Positions 16,781 through 25,523 of a stretch of DNA of 53,120 nucleotides are shown here, piece after piece. A model generated the notes under the pieces. The model saw nothing but the letters and a program-made list of their open reading frames with translations, was not told the DNA's origin and made no database searches. Source of the stretch: a virus (lineage: Duplodnaviria; Caudoviricetes); the IMG/VR virus record IMGVR_UViG_3300035633_000512, positions 1-53,120 of that record; one strand, written 5' to 3'. The position numbers were made by a program, and so were the translations under genes. Position 1 is the first letter of the stretch, and every line of letters starts with the position of its first letter.

Positions 16781-18667
16781 ATGACAAAGTCCCCTACCGC
16801 CGTTCGCTTGATCACAGAGCCCACCATCACCGTCCTCGCCGAGATGTCGCTCAACCGCGACGGCATGAAGGACTTGATGGCCTGGACCGCGGACTACGTC
16901 CCCGACGCCCTGCCTGAGAACACCCAAGTGTCGCCCTATGTGCTCTTCCCTCACGGCGGCCTCTCGGAAGGGCACGCGCGCGACTACACCGGCAACGAGC
17001 TGCTCGTCGAGTTGGCCGGACGCAAGTGCCTTGACGGCGCTACCGAAGTGCTCACGAAGGCAGGCTGGGTCAGCTTCCCCAACCTGCAGCAGGGTGTCGA
17101 AGTGGCGACGTACAATACCACGTCCGGGCTCATCGAGTTCCAGACACCTACAGACTACATCAAGAAGGTGCACCACGGCACAGTCTACACAATCGAGTCT
17201 AGGGCACTCTCGCTGCGCGCGACGGGTGACCACGAACTGTGGAGGGAGAAAGGTGGTGTGTGGGCTTTTCAGGAAGCGCAGGAGCTGCTTGGGAAGCGGT
17301 ACAGGGTGCAAAGAGCAGCTCTGTATGCGGGCCAGCCGGATGCGCCTGTTTCGGAGCTGTGGAGTGTTCCGCAGGGCGCAGCGAACGCGTGGGCGACCTT
17401 CTTGGGCTTCTATTTGTCAGAGGGGACACTCGTGGACGGCAAGCGATACGGAACTGGGAGTCGAGTGACTCTCTATCAGCGCCCCGAGACTGCAGGCCCC
17501 ATCCTGTCGGCGGTCGCAGCGTTGGGATTCGAGCCTTACATTAAAACGGACCCGCGAAACGGTGTCTTGCACATCACCGTCAACAATACAGCTCTTGCTG
17601 AAGCTCTCTCGCCGCTGGGTCACGGCGCCGCTGAAAAAGCGCTGCCCATGGAGGTTTTCGACTGGCCGATGGGCCGGCGCGCAATGCTCCTTGACGCTCT
17701 GATGGCCGGGGATGGCACTTTGCAGGGCAAGCAGCGAGTCTACTCGACAGTGTCCCCGAAACTCGCCGAGGGTGTACAGCGCCTCATCTTGCTCTCGGGA
17801 AGACCCAGCTCGATCTCAACGGTTTTTCCCAAGGATCGTCCAGCCTCGTTTCGCTCGAATTTGCCTGTTCATCGCGTGCGAGAAGGTACACAGACCTTCG
17901 TGACTGTGAACAACAAGACGCGGCACGACGCGACAGAGGAAGCAGCGGGGGAGGCCTTCTGGTGCGTAACGGTGCCGAATCGAACTCTGCTTGTCCGGCG
18001 GAGAGGAAAGACAATGATCGTCTCCAACTGCTACAATTCCTTCGGGAAGAAGGCCGGCCGCAAGACGAACGGGTCCTACATCGCGAACCTGCTCGGCGGC
18101 CCTGGCAAGATCCCTCACGCTTCGGTGCTCTATCACGCCAAGATGACCTTCTTCTTCGGCGGCCTGTCGCGGCGTGTGAGCCACGAACTCATCCGACACT
18201 ACGTCGGTGCGGACCGGACCGAGGAAGGCTGCCCGAGCCAGGAGTCGACGCGCTATACCCACCACCCGGGGCACTTCACGGTGCACCCACGCCTCCTCGA
18301 CAACGACACGGACATGCCGCTGGCGGCTGTCGAGTACTTTCGGGAGGCCATGCAGTCGGCCTACGACTCCTACCTGAACTTCATCAACGACGAGACCGAG
18401 GCACACTATCAAGAACACGGCGAAGCCCCGAAGGGCATGGACCGCAAGCGCATCTACGAGTGCGCGGCGCAATTTCTCCCAGGCGCAGCCGCGACGTCGT
18501 TCATCTGGACGACCAATCCGATGGCCCTCCAGAAGATGTTCGACGAGCGATGCGACAACGCCTCCGACCTAGAGATCCAGCGCTTCGCCAAGAAGCTCCG
18601 TTCCCTCTGCTACGACCGCTGGCCCAACCTCTTCCGCGCGTCCAACCCGGAGGTGCCCCTTGTCTGA
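16781..18667 (+). CDS. thyX: Flavin-dependent thymidylate synthase ThyX with an intein
   Basis: ELAGRK|CYNSF, HASVLYHA, GLSRRVSHELIRH, SQESTRY, LPGAAAT, RCDNASDLEIQ; GAGG RBS before ATG 16781. Confidence 0.9.
   Translation: MTKSPTAVRLITEPTITVLAEMSLNRDGMKDLMAWTADYVPDALPENTQVSPYVLFPHGGLSEGHARDYTGNELLVELAGRKCLDGATEVLTKAGWVSFPNLQQGVEVATYNTTSGLIEFQTPTDYIKKVHHGTVYTIESRALSLRATGDHELWREKGGVWAFQEAQELLGKRYRVQRAALYAGQPDAPVSELWSVPQGAANAWATFLGFYLSEGTLVDGKRYGTGSRVTLYQRPETAGPILSAVAALGFEPYIKTDPRNGVLHITVNNTALAEALSPLGHGAAEKALPMEVFDWPMGRRAMLLDALMAGDGTLQGKQRVYSTVSPKLAEGVQRLILLSGRPSSISTVFPKDRPASFRSNLPVHRVREGTQTFVTVNNKTRHDATEEAAGEAFWCVTVPNRTLLVRRRGKTMIVSNCYNSFGKKAGRKTNGSYIANLLGGPGKIPHASVLYHAKMTFFFGGLSRRVSHELIRHYVGADRTEEGCPSQESTRYTHHPGHFTVHPRLLDNDTDMPLAAVEYFREAMQSAYDSYLNFINDETEAHYQEHGEAPKGMDRKRIYECAAQFLPGAAATSFIWTTNPMALQKMFDERCDNASDLEIQRFAKKLRSLCYDRWPNLFRASNPEVPLV
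17027..18028 (+). mobile_element. Intein (334 aa) with a LAGLIDADG homing endonuclease
   Basis: Begins CLDGATEV, block B ATGDH, motifs FLGFYLSEG and LDALMAGDG, ends IVSN followed by Cys; more A/T-ending codons than the flanks. Confidence 0.92.
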
Positions 18668-18731
18668 CCGCGTGCGGCGCGGCGCAGCGGCGTGGCTCGA
18701 CCCGCTTTTCGTCAGCTGGCTACTCACATGA
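18660..18731 (+). CDS. Possible 23-aa peptide coupling thyX to the AAA gene
   Basis: GGAGG then TTG 18660; its TGA overlaps ATG 18728. Confidence 0.35.
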   Translation: MSDRVRRGAAAWLDPLFVSWLLT

Positions 18732-19966
18732 AACGCAAGCCCAAGCTCCCCAACTTCCAAGAACTGATGTCGTTCCTGAACGACTTTTCCGACCTGGCCG
18801 ACATCGTCTCGCGAATCAACGGAAAGCCCAAGACCAAAGATTGGCTCGCTATCGCGATGAAGTCCGGCACAGTCGGTCAGCGCGTCTACGACCGTGCCCG
18901 CAATCTCTGGGTCATCCAAGAACAGAAGAAGATTATCGGCTGGAAGTCCAAGACCGCCTGGAACCGTCCGCTGCAGAACATGCGTAGCGTTGGCCGTCTT
19001 GTCCGGAAGGAGTCTGAGGCCGAGAAAGAGTCTGTACTCGCTGTCCGCCTCGTGCTCGACCGCAAGCACCCGATCATCTTGAACAAGATGACGGAGCCGG
19101 GCGAGCTTTACTACCGCCCAGAGGATGAAGACACAATCAGGCAGGTGATTCAAGACTTCATCTGGGAGAGCGGCTTTGTTGTAACAACTCTCCGTCCACA
19201 GGACACATACAAAGTTGACCCTGGCATTGAGCGTGAATGCGAGCGCGAGCTGGCTTCGCGGATTCAGAAGTATCGAGACGCCGGCGAGACCCGTGTCTTC
19301 ATGCTCAAAGGCCTACCAGGCACAGGCAAAACTGAATCCTGCGCACGTGTCTGCAGCAACATGAAGCTGCGCACGTTCACGGCTCCGGCTGGCGCCCTAC
19401 AAACTTACGCTTTCAGTACGGCGGTGAACTGTGGTGCGGAAGCCGTCATCGTGGACGACCTCGACTGGGCCAATAAGGACGACATGGCTGACACGTTGGA
19501 CCGGCTCTCGTCTCTACGCCGCATCTGTCCGCTCGTTCTCGTCACGGCGAACACGGTCAAGGGATTACCGGACCCCATGCTTCGACCCGGACGCATCGAC
19601 GAAATCATCGAGTGGCCAGGCTGCACCCCGGCGGAGCTGGAAGCCCTGGGCGCTCCAGCCGAGTGCGAAGGCTGGCCTATCGCGTCGGTGCAGGAAGCCG
19701 TGAAGCGCATCCGCATCGAGGGGCGCGTCGACCTCAAAGAGATCGAGACCCGCATCGGTGAAGATGAGCCGGTCAGCCGCCGCGGCGCGCGCAAGTCAGG
19801 ACGCCCGGGCGGCTACGTGTCGGGCGGCCCGCAGAACGGACTCATCGAGGACGACGACCCCGCGGTCCAGAAGATCGGACAGCTGCTATCCAACACGCGG
19901 CCCGAAGACGGGCAGAAGGACCCGCACTTCACCCAACCCATAGCCAACGGGAGCTACAAGCCATGA
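18728..19966 (+). CDS. AAA+ ATPase
   Basis: GLPGTGKT, VIVDDLD, VTAN, MLRPGRID. Confidence 0.85.
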   Translation: MKRKPKLPNFQELMSFLNDFSDLADIVSRINGKPKTKDWLAIAMKSGTVGQRVYDRARNLWVIQEQKKIIGWKSKTAWNRPLQNMRSVGRLVRKESEAEKESVLAVRLVLDRKHPIILNKMTEPGELYYRPEDEDTIRQVIQDFIWESGFVVTTLRPQDTYKVDPGIERECERELASRIQKYRDAGETRVFMLKGLPGTGKTESCARVCSNMKLRTFTAPAGALQTYAFSTAVNCGAEAVIVDDLDWANKDDMADTLDRLSSLRRICPLVLVTANTVKGLPDPMLRPGRIDEIIEWPGCTPAELEALGAPAECEGWPIASVQEAVKRIRIEGRVDLKEIETRIGEDEPVSRRGARKSGRPGGYVSGGPQNGLIEDDDPAVQKIGQLLSNTRPEDGQKDPHFTQPIANGSYKP

Positions 19967-20148
19967 GCATCAGCTACAAGCGACGAAAGAAGAACCGATA
20001 CCAGGAGCGCCGGCGCATTGAGCGGGACCGCCTCGCCGACCAGCTGGGGCCCTTCTTCGAGCGCTGGGGGCCTGATGCTCCTTCGCCGCGACTCGGTCGA
20101 AAGGCGCGCGAGCCCTTGACCGGGAAGACCGCAGTCATCGACGCCTGA
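19963..20148 (+). CDS. Small basic hypothetical protein
   Basis: 61-aa ORF, ATGA overlap, GGAG upstream. Confidence 0.55.
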   Translation: MSISYKRRKKNRYQERRRIERDRLADQLGPFFERWGPDAPSPRLGRKAREPLTGKTAVIDA

Positions 20149-20150
20149 CC

Positions 20151-20166
20151 CGGCCTGCTTCTTGCA
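20151..20166 (+). promoter_or_regulatory. sigma54-type -24/-12 promoter
   Basis: CGGCCTGcttcTTGCA; ATG 20180 lies 14 nt after the GC. Confidence 0.55.
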
Positions 20167-20179
20167 CGCCAGGTGACAC

Positions 20180-20551
20180 ATGACAACCTCGCCTGAAGAA
20201 CTCCTGGTCGGGGCCGCGGACGCCCTCGGCGACCCCGACCGGGACCTCTGCAAGGGCTACATGGCCCTCGGCTACAGGAAGGAGCCCGACGACCCCGCAA
20301 AGCCGGGCAAGGTGGGCGAGGTCTACCCCTGGGGCAAGAACTGGAAGGTGACCGCGTTGACCCCGCTCGGGGCCATCTGCTTTGCAGCCCAAAAGCCTCC
20401 GTCGGACTCGGCGGTCCAAGAGGCCTACCGAATCCTGCATCGCATCCTGCGTGAGACTGACCCGCGGTACCCGCCTGAGACGTGGGCGGACCAAGAGCAC
20501 GTCACCAAGCAGGAGGTTGTTGACATCCTCCGGAAAGCTGCAGGATGGTGA
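20180..20551 (+). CDS. Phage hypothetical protein
   Basis: 123-aa ORF; ...LGAI...WAD...TKQEVVDILRKAA pattern common in small phage proteins. Confidence 0.75.
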   Translation: MTTSPEELLVGAADALGDPDRDLCKGYMALGYRKEPDDPAKPGKVGEVYPWGKNWKVTALTPLGAICFAAQKPPSDSAVQEAYRILHRILRETDPRYPPETWADQEHVTKQEVVDILRKAAGW

Positions 20552-20772
20552 CGCCCATGCCTGACCTGGGGTCCATGACCATCGACGAGTTCGAGGAGCG
20601 CGCCAAGCGTGACTTGGAGGCGTTCTGCAAGCACGCCCGCGAGGAGATCGCTTCCAACAAGGAAGGCTACGACACGGACGCTGACGGGCACTTCCGGATG
20701 AGCTACGGCGCCTACCACGAGTGGTGGGTCACCTCCCCCCTCCTCGATGAGGAGGGTGACCATGCCGACTGA
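20545..20772 (+). CDS. Hypothetical acidic protein
   Basis: ORF in a tightly packed operon; start may be 20557. Confidence 0.65.
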   Translation: MVTPMPDLGSMTIDEFEERAKRDLEAFCKHAREEIASNKEGYDTDADGHFRMSYGAYHEWWVTSPLLDEEGDHAD

Positions 20773-21055
20773 GCCGCCCCCGCTCCCCCAGCGTCAGCTC
20801 TGGTCAGTCGCAGTCCCCTTGCGCAGCGTGCTTCCGGGGTTTGCGTGTCGGCTGGCGAAGCGCATCGACGAGCGCTGCACGTACATCGAGGACCAACAGG
20901 TCCTCGTCGATGACGCATGGCGAATGCAAGTGGTCGACGTGGCCATGACCGCACGTGACATCGAACGCTTCGCCCACGCGCTCCGTGAGCATGCTCGGCA
21001 GGAGGCCGTCGTGTACTGGCTGAAATCACCAACCTTCAACGTGGCGGTGCGCTGA
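20762..21055 (+). CDS. Hypothetical protein
   Basis: GGAGG then ATG 20762; ends ...ARQEAVVYW. Confidence 0.65.
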   Translation: MPTEPPPLPQRQLWSVAVPLRSVLPGFACRLAKRIDERCTYIEDQQVLVDDAWRMQVVDVAMTARDIERFAHALREHARQEAVVYWLKSPTFNVAVR

Positions 21056-21056
21056 C

Positions 21057-21179
21057 ATGAATTACTACAGCGTGCGCATCAACGGCGCGTCCGGAACTTT
21101 CCAACCTTACGACGACATTCGCGAAGCCTGGCTAGCACGTGAGCCGGACGCACAGATTGAAGGAAATGGCGGCGCGTAG
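21057..21179 (+). CDS. Small hypothetical protein (40 aa)
   Basis: Hand translation MNYYSVRINGASGTFQPYDDIREAWLAREPDAQIEGNGGA; its stop overlaps the next GTG. Confidence 0.45.
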   Translation: MNYYSVRINGASGTFQPYDDIREAWLAREPDAQIEGNGGA

Positions 21180-22672
21180 TGGAGTGGAGTGAGCAGCAGA
21201 AGGCCATCTTCAAGGCCACTTCGAACCGTGACCGAAACCTGGTCGTGCGGGCGCGCGCAGGTACAGGCAAGACGACCACCGCTATCGCAGCGCTGGAGCA
21301 CGCTCCGCCGGGCGGCAAGGTCATCACCGCCTTCAACCGGCATATCGCCGCCGAGCTGAAGCGGCGCGTCTACAACCCCGACGGCGACATCGACGTGAAG
21401 ACGCTGCACGGTCTCGGGCTCGCGACCATCGGGCGGACCTTCGGCCGAGGCATCGAAGTGGACCCCGACAAAGGCATTCAGATCGCCCGCAAGGTGGCCG
21501 CCACCGTCCCGGAACCCAAGGACGACGAAGCGCGCCAGGTGTACAAGGAGCTGCCTCGTGCCCTGAAGCACCTCGCAGGTCTGTTCAAGAACGCGCAGCC
21601 TGCAGACCTGAAGGAGGCGCGTCGTATGGTCTACGCCTTCGACTGCTACAACCAGCACTTCCCCGCGTCGCAGATGGCCGAGCTGGCAGCACGTTGTCTG
21701 CAGCTCGCAGCGCAGGAGCGCTATCGCATCGACTACGACGACATGATCTACTTCCCGAGGAAATTCAACCTCGTCCCTGCGCCGCACTCCCTGGTCGTCA
21801 TCGACGAGCTGCAGGACATGAACCGCGGACAGCTGCACCTTGTCCTCGGAGCCGGGCGCCGGATCATCGCCATCGGCGACGAAAAGCAGGCCATCTATCG
21901 CTGGCGCGGGGCTGACTCAAAAGCCATGAAGAGGGTCATCGAAGCGCTCGACGCCGAAGTCTTGCCGCTCTCGACGACCTACCGATGCGACCGTGCCATC
22001 GTCGAGTACGTGAAGACCACGCTCTTCGGACTCGGGGACTTCCAAGCCAGAGACGACGCAGGCGACGGTAAGGTCTACGAGGTCGAGCATGACGAGCTAG
22101 ACCCGAGGCCGGGCGATTACGTCCTGTCGCGCTGGAACGCGCCCCTCGTACGCCACGCGCTCGATGCGGCCAATGAGGGCCACAAGGTCTGCGTGGTGGG
22201 CTCCGACATCGCCAAGCGTCTGAGTGGTATGCTCCGGGACTCGAAGCTTCAGGACCCTGGGCAGGTCCCGGCGTGGGCCACCGAGCAGGCGAACGGTGAG
22301 GCGGAGACCATGCGGGAGGAGGCTCGGGACGACCAGATCCCGGCGATGCTCGACCGCTACTCGGTGCTCATGTCGATGTCCGAGCACGCGACCTCGATGT
22401 CACATCTGCGGACCATCATCAGGACGCTCTTCACCGACACCCCTTCAGGCCGCGCGGTCACCTTCTCAACCGTTCACAAGGCCAAAGGCCACGAGCGCGA
22501 CCGCGTCTGGCTCTTGATGGAGGGCATCAAGGAGCCTGGCAAGAACGAGGAGGAGGACAACATTCACTACGTCGCGGCGACCCGAGCCAAGCACGAGCTG
22601 GTTCTGGTGCAGCCTCGCCCCAAGGTCCCGGGCCGTGACTGGTCCTTGTTCCACGACCCTGAGGAGTTCTGA
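21179..22672 (+). CDS. uvrD: UvrD/Rep-family SF1 helicase
   Basis: SEQQ, ARAGTGKTT, AFN, TLHGLG, IDELQD, GDEKQAIYRWRGAD, LSTTYRC, STVHKAKGHE, YVAATRAK. Confidence 0.92.
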   Translation: MEWSEQQKAIFKATSNRDRNLVVRARAGTGKTTTAIAALEHAPPGGKVITAFNRHIAAELKRRVYNPDGDIDVKTLHGLGLATIGRTFGRGIEVDPDKGIQIARKVAATVPEPKDDEARQVYKELPRALKHLAGLFKNAQPADLKEARRMVYAFDCYNQHFPASQMAELAARCLQLAAQERYRIDYDDMIYFPRKFNLVPAPHSLVVIDELQDMNRGQLHLVLGAGRRIIAIGDEKQAIYRWRGADSKAMKRVIEALDAEVLPLSTTYRCDRAIVEYVKTTLFGLGDFQARDDAGDGKVYEVEHDELDPRPGDYVLSRWNAPLVRHALDAANEGHKVCVVGSDIAKRLSGMLRDSKLQDPGQVPAWATEQANGEAETMREEARDDQIPAMLDRYSVLMSMSEHATSMSHLRTIIRTLFTDTPSGRAVTFSTVHKAKGHERDRVWLLMEGIKEPGKNEEEDNIHYVAATRAKHELVLVQPRPKVPGRDWSLFHDPEEF

Positions 22673-22675
22673 CTC

Positions 22676-23200
22676 ATGTTTCGCATCCGCGCCCGCCACT
22701 GGAAGCAGGTGGCCAAGAAGTACCGAACCCACGCCCGAGACCTTGGCATCCTCCTGTCGCGTATCGACCCGAAGGTCGCCATTCAGGAGATGCAGTTCAC
22801 GGCCAAGACGGGACTGTCGATGGACATGCGAGGCAGGTGGCTGGCAGGCTTCGTCTTCATGTTCGAGGACCTGTTCGAAAACCAGCCTGATGAGGTCAAC
22901 TACTTGGAGATGGAGATGGGCGACCGAAAGCGTGGCATGTACCGTCTCGGGCTCACGCGCCCTGGCAAGCCGTCAGCGCACCAACGTCTTACTGCTCTCC
23001 TTGATGAACTCCGCGAACTCCGCGACCCCAACTACGGCTGGCTGGAGGACGACGTGCAGGCGCTCATCGAGCGGTACTCGCCACCGAAGGACGCGAAGTC
23101 CTGGACCGCGCAGGACGTCGCCCGCGAGCGTGCGCAAAAGAGCATCGCCGCCGGCGGACCTGGCACGCCCAAAGACGGCCTCGGAGCCCACCGTGACTGA
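22676..23200 (+). CDS. Hypothetical protein
   Basis: 174-aa ORF with GAGGAG upstream. Confidence 0.7.
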   Translation: MFRIRARHWKQVAKKYRTHARDLGILLSRIDPKVAIQEMQFTAKTGLSMDMRGRWLAGFVFMFEDLFENQPDEVNYLEMEMGDRKRGMYRLGLTRPGKPSAHQRLTALLDELRELRDPNYGWLEDDVQALIERYSPPKDAKSWTAQDVARERAQKSIAAGGPGTPKDGLGAHRD

Positions 23201-23432
23201 GGTGCTCTACCCCGACACCCGAGACGCAGCCTTCCGCGAGGCGCTCGAAGCGCTGACGGGCGTGAAGGTTCCCAAGCATATCCGCTACGCGCCCCGAGAC
23301 GAGGCGCAGTACGAAGAGCTGATGGAGCTGATCGGCGAGCCGCCGAAGGTGCCATGGGCCACGACGACGGGCGTCATCTGTGCCGCGGAGAGCGTCGTCG
23401 AAACCGCCGTCGAAAACGGAAACATCAAGTAG
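23193..23432 (+). CDS. Hypothetical protein (~79 aa)
   Basis: GGAG then GTG 23193; 3' part of ORF 22635..23432. Confidence 0.65.
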   Translation: MTEVLYPDTRDAAFREALEALTGVKVPKHIRYAPRDEAQYEELMELIGEPPKVPWATTTGVICAAESVVETAVENGNIK

Positions 23433-23526
23433 CCCGTTCGTCCGCTGACGGGTCTGTGCTTCACGGACGATAAAGGCGGAGGAAGACCCTGAAACGCCGC
23501 CACCGAGCTGCGTCTACTGTGCACAC

Positions 23527-23793
23527 TCAGTTCAAAGATGCCAACTGTGAGCTGGCCCATAGTTCTTGGGCCACGTCTTGGAGCACGCGGGGCTCGCCCA
23601 GCTCGTAGCCGAACCACCGCTTCCACACCCCCACCACGATGCAGTGCACGTCGTCGAAGCACTCCGGTGGCGTGTTCAGCAGCAAGAGTGCGATCTCGTT
23701 CACTTCGGGGTCGTATTCGTCCATCGGTGCGCCTAGCGCCAAGAGTCGCTCAGGGTCATGCTCGTTGATGACACGTCGGACAAGGGATCGCAT
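23527..23793 (-). CDS. DUF1871/YugE-like helical protein
   Basis: VINEHDPERLL...APMDEYDPEV...VWKRWFG resembles the WDP...DEY..E family. Confidence 0.6.
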   Translation of the reverse strand: MRSLVRRVINEHDPERLLALGAPMDEYDPEVNEIALLLLNTPPECFDDVHCIVVGVWKRWFGYELGEPRVLQDVAQELWASSQLASLN

Positions 23794-23808
23794 GGCAGGA
23801 GTCTTGCA
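23793..23808 (+). promoter_or_regulatory. sigma54-type -24/-12 promoter
   Basis: TGGCAGGagtcTTGCA; ATG 23822 lies 14 nt after the GC. Confidence 0.65.
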
Positions 23809-23821
23809 TCGTCGTCTCGCC

Positions 23822-25483
23822 ATGCCAACAGCCTTTGAGTCTCTTCGCTCGAACGTGAAGGGGCCGCTCGACATCAAGCTCGGTCCCTACACCTGCATCA
23901 CGGGCGGTAACCGTCTCGGGAAGTCCTCCATCCTGGACACGATTCGACTCGCCGTCACCGGGAAGCATCCGGTGGGCGCGCATCCCTCGGACCTTCTGGA
24001 GTTGGCACCTGAAGGCGCCGACCAGCTCTTCGCGGAGCTTGCGGGGCCGAGTGGCCGGCTCGTGTGGCGGATGGACATCCACCAAGGCAAGGCGCGGCGC
24101 TCGAAGGGCGTGATGGGCGAAGGTGAGTTCGGAACGCTCACGGCGGACCAGCGAGCGGGCATGTTGGTCCTCGACCACAACGCCATCTCGGAGTTCGGGG
24201 CTGAGCGCATGCGCCGCGCCGTCATGACACGCTTCGGGACTCTGGACGCTATCAAAGAGCCTGCCGGCCTGAACGAGGCGCAGCGGACGCTCTGGGACGA
24301 AGCTGTCCAGGCCAACCAAAAGGGTGACGCCGCCGAGCGACTGGGCGCCATGCAGAAGTGGTTCAAGTCCACTGCGAAGTCGAAGGGTGACGAGGCCAAG
24401 AAGAAGGAGCACACCGTCGACACGCTCCGTCAGCACACGGCGGACGTCGGAGGGGCTGACGTCCTCGCGGCGTTGGAAAGTCAGCTTGCAAAGGCGAAGG
24501 CGTACGAAGACGCTCAGGAAGCGCGCACCCGACGTGAGGAAAAGCGCTCCGAGTTGGAGGATGTCAACGCGCGCATCCGCGACCTGGAAGCTGTTGACGT
24601 CGACGGAATCCGCGCCGAACTCGCCCAAGCGAAGCAAGAACTCGAAGAGGCAAATGCGGCCTTGACGCGAGGTCGTGCGCTTGCCACGTTGCTCGAACGC
24701 GCTGAGGATTCCTGCCCCGTCTGTGGAACCGAAGGTGTTGACCTGAACATGATCCAAGCAGCCCTTCAAGACGGCATCACGCTGCGCCAGACCCAGGTCG
24801 AAGCGTCCGCCACAAAGCAGCGCACGCTCACACAGCGCCTGCCGGACGCTGAGCTTTCGAAGGTTCGGCAGGAGCGCTCGAACATCGAAGCCGAGCTGCG
24901 TCGCCTCGACGGCGAAATGCCCGAGTACTCCGGCCCTACGTCCCAGGAGCTTCAGTCCAAGGTCGACCTGATCCGCGACGCGCAGAACAACAAGCAGCGC
25001 CTCGACATCGAGACGGAGGCGATGCACCGATTGCTCGACGAGCAAGCGGTGGCCAAGCTGTTGGAACGCCAGGTCACCACGATGCTCAGCTCGTACCTAC
25101 AGGAAGTCCGGACGTCGGCTGAGGCGGCCGTGAACCGCTACATGCCGCAAGGCTTCCAGACCGAACTCCGCGTGACCGACACGGTCTGCGAGTGGCGCAT
25201 GGTCGGCTCGGACGACCGTTCACACAAATCCGGAGCCTATTCGGGCTCTGAGGGCGGAAGCCTGGCCTTGGCCCGCGCGCAGGCGTGGGGTGAAGGTGCC
25301 GCGTTCAAGCTCGTCCTTCAGGACGACACGGACCTCGGCGTCTTCGACAAGCCCCGGCTTCAGTCTGTCTTCGACAAATTCAAAGCATCCGTCGAGGAAG
25401 GCCTGCTCGACCAGGTCATCCTCGTTTGGAACCGTCCCGACGAAGTCCCATCGGACTGGACCGTCGTTCATCTTGGAGAATAA
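23822..25483 (+). CDS. Rad50/SbcC-like ABC ATPase
   Basis: Walker A GGNRLGKS, coiled coils, zinc hook CPVCG, signature YSGSE, Walker B LVLQDD. Confidence 0.85.
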   Translation: MPTAFESLRSNVKGPLDIKLGPYTCITGGNRLGKSSILDTIRLAVTGKHPVGAHPSDLLELAPEGADQLFAELAGPSGRLVWRMDIHQGKARRSKGVMGEGEFGTLTADQRAGMLVLDHNAISEFGAERMRRAVMTRFGTLDAIKEPAGLNEAQRTLWDEAVQANQKGDAAERLGAMQKWFKSTAKSKGDEAKKKEHTVDTLRQHTADVGGADVLAALESQLAKAKAYEDAQEARTRREEKRSELEDVNARIRDLEAVDVDGIRAELAQAKQELEEANAALTRGRALATLLERAEDSCPVCGTEGVDLNMIQAALQDGITLRQTQVEASATKQRTLTQRLPDAELSKVRQERSNIEAELRRLDGEMPEYSGPTSQELQSKVDLIRDAQNNKQRLDIETEAMHRLLDEQAVAKLLERQVTTMLSSYLQEVRTSAEAAVNRYMPQGFQTELRVTDTVCEWRMVGSDDRSHKSGAYSGSEGGSLALARAQAWGEGAAFKLVLQDDTDLGVFDKPRLQSVFDKFKASVEEGLLDQVILVWNRPDEVPSDWTVVHLGE

Positions 25484-25523
25484 CTTGGTAGCAGTTGCAG
25501 CACACGCCGCCCCCGCGCGGCCG

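Noticed and set aside
18728-19966. sigma54 enhancer-binding activator
   Set aside because: It is a classical AAA ATPase (RPGRID) with no GAFTGA loop.
23441-23476. Hammerhead ribozyme or guanidine-I riboswitch
   Set aside because: The core reads CTGACGG...GATA rather than CTGANGA...GAAA, and the 5' half of the guanidine-I consensus is absent.
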